A stretch of 64,000 bases of DNA from NCBI GenBank assembly GCA_050273025.1, contig CP158635.1, positions 8,556,001 to 8,620,000 of the forward strand. Reading direction: 5' to 3'. The translations under genes were made by a program, and so were the position numbers. The notes below the pieces were generated by a model, which worked only from the letters and a program-made list of their open reading frames with translations, did not search any database and was not told the origin of the DNA. This stretch comes from Cenococcum geophilum. Lineage: Eukaryota. Below are positions 39,001 through 53,000 of this stretch, piece after piece (position 1 is the stretch's first letter; the number at the start of each line of letters is the position of its first letter).

Positions 39001-42000
39001 TATGCCACTAGGTGCCATCTATCTTAATGCCTTTATATAAAGTATGCCCCTAGTGCATAGTTTAATATATCCATCTCTATAACCATCTCTAGTCCTAGTT
39101 AATAGATCTTAAGAACTGGCTCCTAGGTAAACAACTCTTTAACTTTTTTAAAGAGTTCCCTTTGCTCCTCTCTCTATACCCATAGTTCTTCTTTCTTTGT
39201 TAACCTTGTAAATGGCTTAATATCCTTTAACCACTATGCTATAAACCTTCTATAGTAATTATAAAACCCTAGAAACAATCTTAACTATATAACGTTCTCT
39301 AGTTCCTACCAATTCACTATAGCCTCGATCTTTTTTGGATCTATGCTAAGTTGGCCTAGTTTAATAATAAATCTAATAAAATCGGTCTTCCTAGTAAAGA
39401 ACTCGTATTTCTTAATTACTACTAGCATCTGTTCTTCTTATAGTCTCTCTAAAACCTATTTAACGTGTTCTCCGTATTCTTCCTTAGTTATTAAGTAGAT
39501 AATAATATCGTTAAAATATACTATAATAAATTTATCTAAGTGTTCTCCTAATACGTTATTAATACGCTTTTAGAACGTTACTAGTATGTTTATAAGCCCA
39601 AATTGTATAACTAATAGTTTATATAGTCCTTCCTTTAACCTAAAGGCTGCCTTTTATTTGTCGCCTTCCTTAATCCTAATCTAATGGTACGCCCATCTTA
39701 GATCTATCTTCGTGAAGATTTGCGCATTGCCTATCCTGTCTTAGATTTCGCTAATTAAGGGTAAAGGATACCTATCCTTCCTAGTGATACTATTTAACTG
39801 TCTATAGTTAATATATAGCCTTAGTTTGCTATTCTTCTTTAGTACAAACAGTACTGGATAACCCGCTAATAACTGCGATAGTCTAATATATCCCTTTCGT
39901 AGATTTTCCTAAACAACCTCTTTTAACGCTCTACCTTTTTCTTTAGTAAGCTTATAGATTGGAAAGAACCTTAGACTTATTCCTGGTTCCAACTCTATTT
40001 TATAGTCCCATACTATATATTTTAACAACTTTTTACTTTCTAGTGACTATAGTTTCTTACCATACTTATAGTATCTCTTTAGTACATAACTTAGTCCTTT
40101 TTCTGTTTCTTTATAGGTTGCTCCTACTTAGTACTATACTAACTTGGCTTATTATTACATCTTATAGCGTTAAGTATCTCTAATATCGACCTAACCTGTA
40201 ATCTAATTAATCCTTAGATTATATTCCTATAACTAAGGCATACCTAATACTGCCTCATCCCGTCCTAATGGTAGGATATTAAAAGACATCTTAATTTGTC
40301 TCCCTTTAATAGTTATCCAAATAGGTCCTGTTTTAAGATTAATGATCCCTCCTCTATAGGTTATTAGATCTCCTAAAATCGTAACTAATGGGTAAGGTTA
40401 CTCCTTTTATCTATAAGGTAGTCCTATTCTCTTAACTACTGCTAGTAAGATGTAGTTTCGCGTTACTCCACTATCTATTAGCGCTTCGAACTGCTGATCT
40501 TGCCAATTAACTTATAAATTTAGGTATTGTCCTTAAATTCCTTTAAGGGTCTAAGGCTCTACCACTAGCTCCCTCTGGTCCCGTAGGCCTCTACTTTTCC
40601 TAACTATTAGCTGCTTAATCCTAGTATACTTAGCTCGCTCTTTAGCCAATGCCTAGTTTGTTTTTTATCTTTAATATACCATAGACACGTGTTTTCTAGG
40701 TATTCCCACTACTGTTATCTATCTAAGCATTCTTCCGTAAGGAATCTTCCTAGTTAAAGTACTAAGCTTCCTTCCTCTTAGACCTCTACTAGATGCCATC
40801 TATGTATATATTTAGCATTTCTATACTATTACTCGTCCGTTATCTAGTATATCCTTATAGAGTATTTCCGATTCTTTTCCTTTGGATTTTTATATATTTT
40901 ATATATATTGTCCACGCACGCAATCTATAATAACGTATAGTATGCTAGGTGCTTTAGGTCAACTCTTAGCTTATCTTTATCCTTAAGTTTAAACCTTTAT
41001 TATACTAATCTAAACGTTATAACTTTATTTATAGGTACTAAGATACATCTCTCGCTTCTCTAGTCCTCTAAACGTTCCTCTAGATCCTTTGACGTTATAA
41101 TTAAGGCTCCTTTAATATGCGTTATGGCCTTCTCTATAATTAGGTAGTCCTAGATAACTTTTTCATCCAACTATATATAGAAATCTTCCCACTTATTATT
41201 ATGCCTTTGCCTATACCACTTTTGGTATAGCTGCTGGAGTATATACGGTCTATCTATAAGGAAGCATCTTCTTATTACTGCATTGTAATAGCCCTTTATA
41301 TATCGTTCTTCGAACCTAGTTAGAATCCCTAGATCCTCTTCATCTTCTAGTTCGGTAAGCTACTTGGCTCTTAGTATGCCTGCTCTTAGTTTATTGGTGA
41401 TTCTTTATATTAGTGCTCTATCCTTTATATGTCCTAATATACTAGATCTTCTATCTAGTTTCTATTTTTGCTACGCGATAATTCTTTATCTAAATTCTTC
41501 TATAGTTTCTTTTAGTTTGCGCCTTACGCTCTAATCTTTAAAGTCGTCTTACTTCTTAATCCTAGTATTAACTTTTTAATCTTTAGTCCGAACACTTCGT
41601 TTAACTAGTAAATCCTCTAAGTCTATATATTTGTTTCCTAGTCTAATTGCTGTTTATGCCGCAGATTCTCTAATCTATAAAGAAGCCTCTTACCTCTTAT
41701 CTGTGGGTGTCCTAATTCGCACTTTAAATTCTTAACCCTTTAGATCTTTTAATCCTAAGCTTGCTTTTAACTTAAGCTTAGCTCCAGCCTTAGTTTAACT
41801 AGGCTTACTTGGTGTTCTCATCTCGTCTTAAGAGTCTTAAATCTTACTCATCTCGTCTTAAGAATCTTGTGTCTGTAGGAACTTCTATCCCAAGCTCATT
41901 CATATGTTTCTAAACTGAGCTGCTACTCTGCTCCATCGGTTATCGTCTATTATAGGTCCTTAAGCTTACCTCATCTCGTTTTAAAAATCTTAGTTATCTC

Positions 42001-44019
42001 TCATCTTACTATAAGAATCTTAAGCCTTTGGCCTTTTGCCTTTATTAAGTGCCGAAGTGGTTCGCTGTCCTACTTCTCTTACGTCTTATAAAGCGATAGA
42101 CATCATATCTAGTGGGGTTTTAATCCCTACTAATGTTCCCTATTCTATAGTGGAATTATCCTCTACCTCTAGTATGACATCTCTAAGGTCTGCTCACTTT
42201 TAGTAAGCGGCCCTTATTACCTTATTGTCACGGAATATTTCGCCTAGGTTAAATTTATCGTCCTTAATATCCGATCTGCGAACTAGTTTGTTAGTTCCTC
42301 TACATCCTATAGATACTGGCTCTTATAGCCAATAGCTTGCGCTGTACTTAGCGTCCTTATAAATTTGGTATGCGTTATTATAACAAAACGCAAAACTTCT
42401 AATTAAATATTCTTTTGTTCCTTACAGCACATTATCGTCCCTTTATACATATATATCGTCTACTAGTCTTATACCCTTTACTATATAGTGACTCTGCCTA
42501 CTTCTACAGTCTCTAACATAATGACCCTATTTTCTATAATTTATGCAAGCTCCTTCTTTAAACCATTTCTCTTGTTATAGAGTCCGCCTAAATGTCTTCT
42601 ACTATTAAGATCCCTAATTCGGCCTCTGCTTTTTAGACCTTTAATTACTTAATCCTTATCCTCTAGGTTTCTATAGTTTGCTCCATCTCTTATAGGCTTC
42701 TTTAATACCACTTAGGTCTATTAGCTCTGCGCTATACCATAGTTTCTAACTTAGCTTTTGTCGTTACATACTCTGCGCCTTATACAACTATAGAACTCTA
42801 TCCTAGCCTCTCTTAGCCTATTCCCTTTAGTAGATCTAATTGTTAATCTTAATCGCCTAATCTATTAGTTTCCTTAGGGTGTCCGCATCTTCCATTAGGA
42901 TAATCGCGTCCTAGACTTTAGCCTTAAGTCCCTATTTATACTATGCTATAAGCGCCCTATTATTCCACTCTACTTATATTGCTAGTGTCTAGAACTATAT
43001 TATGTACTTAATTACTAAAGTTTGTTGCACGAGGTTCTGGAGTTTTCTTTCTACTATAGTTGTCCCTTCTGGGTCTCTAAATATCTACGTAAGTTATTCT
43101 ACGAATTCTTTCCAACTTAAGAACATAAATCGCACGTCTTGGTTAGTGGTCGTCATTCCGTTTACCTATATCTTCGTGAGGTAAGGTTTAAACTACTTAA
43201 GTGCTTTTCCTAATAAGAATAGTCCTGCGTAGGCTATCCGATCCATAGGTATAGGTAACTTTACTCCCTCCTATAAGACCTTAAAGTGCATCTATATAAG
43301 GAATCCTTTAAGCTTTAACCTTTCTCCTATAAATCTCTTAATTAATAGTAGCTTAATCTTTACTACTCCTATTCCGTTAAGTCTTTCTTCTAATACTATA
43401 TTATTAGCTATTAGCTAGTTAACTATTTCCTATAGCTATCCGACCGTCATAGGTTGCTATAAGTTAGTATCTGCCATACTAGTATCATCTTTTGTCCCTA
43501 AAGTAGTTGCTGCCGTTAATGGCATCGTAGTAGCTACTTTTAGTAGCATGTTGTTCGACTTCTTATATTAATACTATAACTAGGTAGTGATTGTATAACG
43601 GAACCTTGTAGTAAGAACTACAATGGGTTCGTTAATAGGCTAGGTGTATAGGAAATGCAAGTATAAAAGTTAACAACGTAATAATAACTGGTGGAGTGGT
43701 TGCCTAACAGATTAACTCTAATTATATTCTAAGAATCACTATAAGAAAGAAACTATCTAGGTAGGGACTAAGGGTCCTTAAATACACAACCGTACTCCTA
43801 TAAAATCCTTCTTGTACATAATATACGTATTATCTATATTAGACGTAATATCCCTTACGTTTAACACAGCCAACGCGTCCAACTATTATGTGACTCACTT
43901 ACTATTCTTCGTTACATGGTTCTATCGGCTCTATCCTAAACCGTGCCTGAATCAACCAACTAGCTTCCTCCGACTCCTCTCTAAGTAGTCGTAACATCGT
44001 ACTTAAAGCGTCCGTAACA
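36064..44019 (-). mobile_element. Full-length Gypsy family A relative A3 (7956 bp), inserted in opposite orientation into A2
   Basis: 426-bp LTRs at 36064-36489 and 43594-44019; TSD CATAA/CGTAA; PPT at 36490-36507. The residual ORF 37362-37718 has the integrase C-terminal KKLD---GPF motif followed by EEDEW (chromodomain start). Confidence 0.9.
36598..37252 (+). pseudogene. Antisense accessory gene of A3: Zn2Cys6-like domain plus coiled coil, two exons (36598-36829, 36885-37252), 199 aa after de-RIPping
   Basis: Spliced length is 600 nt. TGY/TAY codons are spaced C-x2-C-x6-C-x13-C-x2-C-x8-C. The 55-nt intron reads (G>A)TACGC...CTAAT...CTTAG. All internal stops are TAA/TAG derivable from CAA/CAG. 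Confidence 0.72.
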
Positions 44020-46177
44020 CGTAAGCTATTAGCTATAAAAGCCTAAGTTAAAAGGACTCTAGGGTATAAGAGAGTTAGATAAAAAACTAAACTAACTCTA
44101 TAAACTAGATTAGGACTAGGACGGTATAGCTAGCCAGTAGTTAGCGGAGAAGTTTCTTGCGTACTAGTTCTACTAAGCTATAGAACCTAGGGATTAAGAA
44201 GATTAGACTATAAGCAGTAATAATAGGGTAAAAAGGCAGCTTATTAGGAGTATATAGACCTTAAGGACGCAATAATAGAGGTATAGATTAAATCTACTAT
44301 AGAGAATGGATTAGTAATAGGGATTAAGACTCTATTAGATATAAGATCTATCGCTTTATAAGATGTAAGAGAAGTAGGATAATAAGCTACTTTAGCACTT
44401 AATAGAGGCAAAAGGCTATAAACTTAAGATTCTTAAGAAGAGATAAAAGATAATATAGGACCTATAACGGAGAGCAACTAATAGGGAAGAGCAGCGGCTT
44501 AATTTAAAGCTTACTATATAAATATAGGATGGAGATTTCTAAAGGCATAAGATTTTTAAAAAGAGATAAGTAAAACCTAAGATTCTTAGTATAAGATAAG
44601 GATAGTAGGTAAACCTAGTTAGACTAAGGCTAGAGCATAGCTTAAAAAGAAAGTAAAGTAAAAACTTATAAAGTTTAAGGATCTAGAGAATTCTATAGCT
44701 AGGCATAAGCTGGAAAAAGATTAGAAAAATTTAAGAATTGGATTAAAGTATAGTAGAAGCAAAAAGATTACTAGGGACTAAAGATGTTAAGTAGACCTAG
44801 GGATAGAGCACCTTTATAAAGAATTACTAATAGGCCTAATGTAGGCATGCTAAAAGTAAAATAGCTTAAAGAACTGGAATAGGAAGAGGACCTAAGAGTC
44901 TTAACTAGATTTTTAAAACAGTATATAAAAGGCTATTATAATATAGTAATATTAAGATACTTCCTTATAGATAAGTTATATACACTTATAGAGCTGTACT
45001 AAAAATGGTATAAATAAAGAAATAATAATAACTAGGAAGATTTCTATCTATAACTAGACTAAAGAGTTGTCTAAAATTACGTAATTACAGAATGACGTAT
45101 AAGGGAGCATTAATTATAACGTCTAGGAATCTAGAAGAAAGATTAGAAGACTAGAGATATAATAGATAAATCTTAGTACCTTATAAGGATATATTAGGCA
45201 CTAGAAGAGTAATAGTATAGAAATGCTAAGTATATATATAGTTAGTATCTAGTAAAAGTTTAGGAGTTGGGAAACTTAATACTTTAACTAAAAAAATCCT
45301 TATGGAAGAATACTTAGATAAATAATAGTAGTGGGAATGCTTAGAAAATACGTGTTTATAGTATATAGACAATAAAAAACAAACTAGGTATTAGCTAAAA
45401 GGCAAGCTAAGTATAATAGAATTAAGCAGCTAATAGTTAGGAAAAGGTAAGGCCTATAAAACCTAAGGGAGCTAGTAGTAGAGCCTTAGACCCTTAAAGG
45501 AATTTAAAGACAACACCTAAATTTATAAGTTAATTGGTAAGATTAGCAGTTTAAAGTACTAATAGATAGTAGAGTAATAAGGAACTATATTTTACTAATA
45601 GTAGTAAAAAGGATAGGGCTACTATATACGTAAAAGAAGCACTTTTACCCATTAATTGTAATTTTAGGAGATCTAATAGCGTATAGAGGAGGCATTATTA
45701 ATTTTAAAATAGGACCTATTTAGATAACTATTAAAGGAAGGCTAATTAAGATGTCTTTTAATATCTTACCATTAGGAAGAGATAAAGTAAAAAACCTTCA
45801 CCGCATATGCAACCTTACCAAAAGGTAGCGCCACACTCCAAAAATTACGCATACCCATCTTACCATCAAAAACAATCGATTTTCCAACTTTCAAGACCTA
45901 ATTCCTACCGCCTAGCGAGCTAGAGGTGGATTTATTTGTCGTTTTACCCCCTTTTCTTAACAGAAAATTTTCTCTAGAGGTGGCCCTAGCTTATAAGCGA
46001 GGCACGGACAGGAACACCAAAACCACTACTACTACCACCAATACCAAAAATACAAGATAGGAGCTAGCTTTTCTACTACCTTTTAGCCTAATCTCCCCAG
46101 AAATCTTCTAGTAGGATTAGTAAGGAGAAAGGGTATAAGGATAGTAAAAACTAGGAAACCCCCCTATAAGATACAAA

Positions 46178-47535
46178 ATGCCAAGGCCTAATAGGTCTAA
46201 AAAAAAACCTCCTATAGAAATAAGTGATGAAGATTCTACATCTACTTTTTCTCCCCCTTCTGCTTCTCCTGGCCTTAGGACAGGAGAAAAAAGAGGATAT
46301 CCTTAGTCTTCTCCTGAAAAAGAAACCAAAAACCTACAAAAAAGATAATAAAACTAACGACTACTACGGCTAGTACGCCTAGTATACCTTTCTATTCTCG
46401 TTCTCCAGAACAATATTTAAGCGAGGCTTTAGAGAACCTAATTGAGGCCTATAAAGGGATACAAGACGAAGAAAAAGAAAAACAAGTTGGACGTCTAATA
46501 GACTATACAGAAAGTATCCTAATAGGAGAAAACCCCTTTGCAAAAGAAGAAGAAGAAAAGGCAAAAGATGTCCTAAAAGGACTAGTTGAAGAAGTAAGAG
46601 CTCTCCGTAAGGAGGTAGCCCCTACTAAAGAAACCTACGCAGAGAGGCTAAAGAAGAACCTCCCTACTTCGTCCCCTCTACCCTCGCCACTACCGTCTCC
46701 TACCCCTTCTACTTCTACTAGAAGTAAGAAAAAGCAACTATAAGAAAGGAAGCTAGTCCTAATTACAGACGAAAAGGACCAACCTTTAGATACCTTCTCT
46801 ATACGAAACAAAGTCAACCAACTATTTGCATCAAAACTGCAAGTAAAAAAGCCAGTACTAGCGTCTATAGCTAGAACTAAAGGAAAACAAAACATTCTCC
46901 TTACGACTACAGAAGAGTATAATGCAGATTTCCTAGTTAAATATAAGAAGATCTGGCATAACTGCTTTACCTTTCAAAGAGAATAAAAATTAGAACCATG
47001 GGTTCAAATTATAGCCCATAGGGTTCCTACCCTACCTTTCCTAGGAGAAGGAGGCTCTAAGCTCCTAAAGGAAGAAATCGAGACCTTTAATCCTATAAGG
47101 ATACAAGGACTACCTAGATGGATCTTATCTAGTAAAAAAAGACACAATCCACAGACCAGATTTGGCTCTATAGTTTTTACTATAGAGAACGAAGAAAAAA
47201 GACAAGAAATCCTTAAGCAAAAAGAGATATTAATTGCAGGTACAGCTACTAAGGTAGTAAAATACCTCAAAGTCTCTCCTACTACGCAGTGTACGAGCTG
47301 CTAAAAATTTGGCCATATAGGAGACAGGTGCTCTACTAGGGCCTGCAGATACTATGCAGCTGCACATTTATCTAAAGACCATTTCTGTTCTACCCGTATA
47401 ATAATAGGCAGGCCTTACCAGCATACCACCCCTCTTTGCATTAATTGTAAAGAAAAACACTTTGCTAATAGTAAAGACTGCGAGACTCTTAAAGCTGCTA
47501 AACTAGTACGCGAAGAAGATTCTATGGAAGAATAA
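46178..47535 (+). pseudogene. LINE ORF1-like nucleic-acid-binding protein with C-terminal CCHC knuckles; few stops, one frameshift near 46340
   Basis: Reads ...FGSIVF...QCTSC-KFGHIGDRC...AC---AAAHLSKDH-C...CINCKEKHFANSKDC...MEE*. Confidence 0.7.
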
Positions 47536-47758
47536 AACAGATAGGATTCTAGAAGGGGGTAACTCCTACTAGGCTCTTAAAATGATATTAGAGAGCAAAA
47601 GAATAGAAATAAATTACAAAAGGACAGGGACAGGGGTTAGGATTTCTTATAGTTTTTCTTACCATTTTCTCATTCCCTAGTAGTTGTAGTATCTTGGTAT
47701 TTTACTAGGAAACTATAAACTCCTAATTTAGGGGTTTATAAACTACTAGGACATAGCT

Positions 47759-49391
47759 CAGTGAGGTTTTCAATAAGCGAAATTCCAGCCAATAAAATAT
47801 TGGCATTTGTCAATATTTGCAGTGTCAATATTAAAATATTGGCAATAATTTAAATAAAATTATTATAATAGAAATATACTATTTAGAAATAAATATTATC
47901 TAAATTATTGGCATAGATTGGCAGTTTTATAATATATTCTTGCGTGTAGAAGTATTTACATACTATAAAATGTCTTGGCACGCGCTGCCTTACTAAAATC
48001 AATTAATTTAAATATTAACTACCCCTTACTATACCACAACCATATATAATTAAAGCTCTATATCTCTAATATAGCCTCTTTGCTCTGCTGTCTACGTTAT
48101 TTATAAGTAGCTAGTTATATAATAACTTTATGGTGGCGCAGTTGAAGGGTAGTTAGACTTTTTGCGACCGTACGCGTCCTACCAAAGCTCTGCAAAAGCC
48201 CTGCACGAAGCTCTGCTTAAAGCTCTACTCGGAGCTCTGCTCGAAGCTCTACTCGAAGCCCTATATAGAGCTCTAAAGCTCTACTAACACGCAGCACTAA
48301 TATACTAGGAAGGTTCTACAATCGGCCGTACGAACGCCCATACGACTAGTCGCCATATGATCGTCTCTACGAACGGCTCTATAAATGTCGCACGATTGCC
48401 CGTACGAACGCCTATACGATTAATCGATCGATTAATTAATTACCTATCCTAACGCCTGTACGAACACCCATACAATCGATTAATTAAACGTCTCTATAAA
48501 TGTCTACACAAACGCCTGCACGAACGCCTATACAAAGCCCTTTACAAGGCCTTCAAAAATAAGCCTAAATGCAAGGTCTATATGGAGAAGCTCTATCAAA
48601 GCTCTGCTCGAAGCTCTGCTCGAAGCTCTGCTCGAAGCTTTGCTCAAAGCTCTGCTCAAGGCTCTGCTCAAAGCTCTGCTCAAAGCTCTGCTCAAAGCTC
48701 TGTACGAGGCTCTACTTAAAGCTCTGCTCGAAGCTCTATCAAGGCTCTGCACGAAGCTCTTCTCAAGCTCTGCTCAAAAACTCTACGCGAGGCTCTGCTC
48801 GAAGCTCTACACGACACTCCACTCCAAGCTCTACTAACATGCAGCACTAATATACTAGAAGACCCTATAATCGTCTATACGAACGGCTCTACAATTAATT
48901 AATTTATCAATTAATTGCCTACACGAACGCCTATACGAACGTCTGCACGTCTACACATCTATACGTCTACACGCCTGCACGCCGCACGTGGCTCTGCATA
49001 AGGCTCTGCGCGAACCTCTGCACGAAGCTCTACTAAAGCTCTACACGAGGCTCTGCCTGAAGCTTACCCCCTGCTACAAAGCACGACGGAGGGATAGGAT
49101 TTGCGAAGTAAATCCCTACCAACTAGTATCTATAGGTTAAAAGTCTTCTTTTACTGGCAGTTTAATAACTCTTCTATATTAAGGGAGTCTAATATAGGTA
49201 TAAAAAGTAATAAGTCTGCTTTAGAAGCTATAATATTTAATAATTTATCCGTACGATATTAAGTAAAAAAAATTTGATGGGGTGCTAAGAAGATCTGCAA
49301 ATATTACAAATATCGCCAATACTCGCCAATATTGATTAGTGCCAATATTGATCAATCTGATTGGCCAATATTGATATTGAAACCCTCACTA
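47759..49391. mobile_element. hAT-like MITE (1633 bp) with internal minisatellites
   Basis: TIRs CAGTGAGGTTTTCAATA / TATTGAAACCCTCACTA; perfect 8-bp TSD ACATAGCT; multiple GCCAATATT-type subterminal motifs at both ends. Confidence 0.88.
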
Positions 49392-50054
49392 ACATAGCTA
49401 CTAGTATATATTAAGCTGCCTTGAAAGGATTTATGTATATAGAACTATAGCGCCATAGCCCAAGGCTGCATGCGCAGTATTGTACGTAGTATAATACAAT
49501 GGATTTAATAAAATAAAAAAAAGAGATAAAGTAGTACTAGAAATGCCTTATTTATAGGAATATAATCTAAAAATTAATTAGGTTATAGGTTAAGTTAATA
49601 TTAGAGATACTTAATAATGTAAAAGGCATACGGTAACTAAGTTGGTATAGTATTAAGTTAGAGTAATATATAAAGAAACCAAGAAAAGGTTAAGTTATAT
49701 ACTAAAAAGATACTATAAATATAGCAAGAAATTATAGAGCCTAGAGGGTAAAAAGCTATTAAAGTATATAGTATAGGACTATAAAATAAAATTAGAACTA
49801 GGAATAAGCCTAAAGTTCTTTCTAATTTATAAGCTAACTAAAGAAGAGTTAAGAGCACTTAAAGAGTTTATTTAGAAAAATTTACAAAAGGGATATATTA
49901 GACTATTATAGTTATTAGTAGGATACCTAGTACTATTTATACTAAAGAAGAATGGGAAACTTAGACAATATATTAATTATAGATAATTGAATAGCATTAC
50001 TAGAAAGGATAGGTATCCTTTACCCTTAATTAGCGAAATTTAGGATAAGATAGG

Positions 50055-53000
50055 TGTAATGGCGATATTGCATATTACCTGCCAAATTCTGCCAAATTCT
50101 ACCAACCTATAATTGGCTCGCCTAAAGCTAGCGCCTTGGCGGCTCACCTTATATATTTATTTACATTAGTCCTAGTAAACCCTTTTTCCTTCTCCTTAGC
50201 TTAGTATCTTTATAATACAGCATTCGTTTAAACTTCGGTTTAAAGGCATTTATTTAAGCCGTGATATTATACTAAGCTTACCCTACCCTGCCTAGGAAGG
50301 CCTTAATAATATCCTATCTTAAAAGAAACTTCGTCTACAACAACGCATTAACGCGCTATACTTAGACACTAAAATAACTCTATATTACCTAGGAAGGCCT
50401 AGATAATATCCTACCTTATAAGCTAGATAGGACTAGACCTATACCCCCAGAATTAAAACTAAAGCGTATAATACTAATAAACCTTAGGAAGCTAACGATG
50501 GCACCTAAAGTAAGCTTATTTAAGAGAGCTGCCTTTACCTAAGAGGAACCTAAGATCTAATTAGGATTAGAAATCGAAGATAATAATAACATTATAGACG
50601 TATATAAGTAGATTCGCGCCCTTATAGCTAGCTAGAAAGCTAATTATCTTAAAGTGAAAAATATATAAAAGACCCTATAAGAGATCCTAGAAAGCCTTAC
50701 GACCCTATAAAATAGCCTAGCTTTCCCTTCTTAAAGCCCTAGCCGACCTATTTACTCTACTAAATACAATATACTAGGGAGTACGGGTGTGGTAATAAAG
50801 TAATTAAAGTCCGTTAAGCTCCCTAACCCCCTACCACTATCTAATAAAATAGACCCTACCTTTAAGAATTAGAGGATTTAAGTATAAGAAAAGCTCCGCG
50901 TTAACTATAACTATTTCCTTTCTAAAGAAGCTAAAATACTCTACCTCTTTAGTTAAACCACTAGGGACGCCTAACGGCACCTTTAAGCTAAGTTTAAGGA
51001 CAAGTCCCCTATCTAATTTATATCTGTTAATAAGATAATACAGCACCTAGCGGCTATTTATATTAATCTAAATAAAGTATAGGACGTCTAATATAACTAT
51101 AATTGCCTAATAATAAAACCGGACTAACCCTTTGCTAAATTTTAGACTTAATTCCTATACCTTGCGGGAGAAGGCCAGGTTCCCCTTAAGAACTACTAAT
51201 TAGACCTATATAATAAGCTAATAATTCGGCTATAAGAGAAGATTATTATAACCTTAAACAACCTACTAACTTATAATAAACTCGCAGCTTATTACCTATT
51301 ATTAGACTCAGAACTAAAGCGGATTAAAGCCTATCTTAATTAGCAAAAGCAACTCCGTGGTAATTAGAACTCGCTAGCTATACCTATAAAAGCTAAAGCA
51401 GGAAGATAAGCTATAACTACTTTTATACTAAAAGCGGTTATAACTACGTACTAGTAAGTAACGCCCGACTAGCTACATACTACGCTATTAACTAGTATTT
51501 ACCGCAATACTCTAATTAACCCTACCTTGGCTATGTGCTATAACTATAATAAGGAGGGTTACTTTACCTCGTCTTACCCGGAGCTAAAGGATATAGGCGA
51601 TATTAAGGAGATAGAGTAAGGAGAAATATCTAATAAGTTAAGAAAAAAAGAACCCTAGGGAAAAACTCCCCCCTAGGGTACCCTATCAATCTTAAAGAGA
51701 TTAATCTTAATTAGTTAATAGGTGGAAAGTATTTTATAGTTTTATATATAGTATCTTAAAATAGATATAGAGTTAATATAACCGCCCTTATTAACACTAG
51801 AGTAAATAGCTTTACCTTTATAAATACTGCCTATATAAATAATGTTGCTAAGTTTCTAAATATAGAAGCTATCTAACTAGAGAAGCCTATCTAGGTAAAA
51901 GGCTATAACGGCTAAGCCGGTTAGCCCGTTACCTATATCTTAAAGTTATATATTACTCTTAATAGACGACGCTAATATAGTATCCCCTTTTACATCCTAG
52001 ACCTAAAATCCTACGATATAATCCTTAGACGAAAATAGATATCCTATTTTAATATTTGGTTAAATATATAATAAAGATAGTTTATCTAGCTAGAGGATAG
52101 ACTAAGGTTACCCTCCTTTATTAGGGAGATCTAAACTAACCGTAAGATACTAGCTATAAGGGCTAACCCTACCTACTAGCAGGATATCCTAGCCCGTAAT
52201 CTAGCCTTTACCTAAGAAAATACCTGCCGCGAAGCTGGAAAGAACTCCGTACTAATAAAGATACTCTCCTAAAGCGCTATATTTAAAGAGGACTCTACAT
52301 ATAAAAGCAGGATAGATAGTAATATAGATAATATCTAAATTACGTAAATCTAACCAGTATGGAAAAGAACGTATTAATAGGATATAAGGGATAACCTCTA
52401 AAAAATATAATAGGAGTTAAAAGGAGTAATAATAACGCTAGTGCCTTAGAAGTCTATAAAGTTATATACGCCCCTATTATTATATAACCCCCCTACTGTA
52501 AATATTACCGTAATTAGTACTATAGTATTCCACTTTAATATATACCAGAAGGATAATAAGGTCTTTATAATAAGCCTATATAAAATTAACTAAATTATTA
52601 ATAATAGGGAGGAAGAGCTAACTAAGGAGACTAATAAGAAATTAGTTAAACGCCTCCTTCCTACTATTTATATAAATTATAAGGATATATTTTTAAAGGC
52701 GGCTTTAGATAAGTTACCCCCTTATCAGACGTATGATTATAAGATTTAATTAGAAGCTAATAACTCACTAAGTTATAGCCCCCTCTACTAATAATTAATA
52801 AATAAGCTAAAAGTAATAAATTAGTACTTAATTAATAACCTAGATAAAGGGTTTATTAAGCTAAGTTAAGCCCCTTTTACTTCCCCTATTCTATTTATAA
52901 AAAAAGCCTAATAAAGGCCTCCGCTTTTATATTAACTATTAAAAGCTAAACGCTATTACCTAAAAGAATTAGTATCTTATTCCTTTAATTAATAAAACCC

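Larger units (their letters stand above)
45790..49520 (+). mobile_element. Non-autonomous non-LTR retroposon encoding only a LINE ORF1/gag-like protein
   Basis: 13-bp TSD AAGAGATAAAGTA (45777-45789 / 49521-49533); A-rich tail; about 2.1 kb once the nested MITE is removed; no endonuclease or RT sequence. Confidence 0.78.

Noticed and set aside
48528..48850. LLKA/CSKL/SRAL repeat ORFs
   Set aside because: Frames of the same 12-mer array within the hAT MITE.
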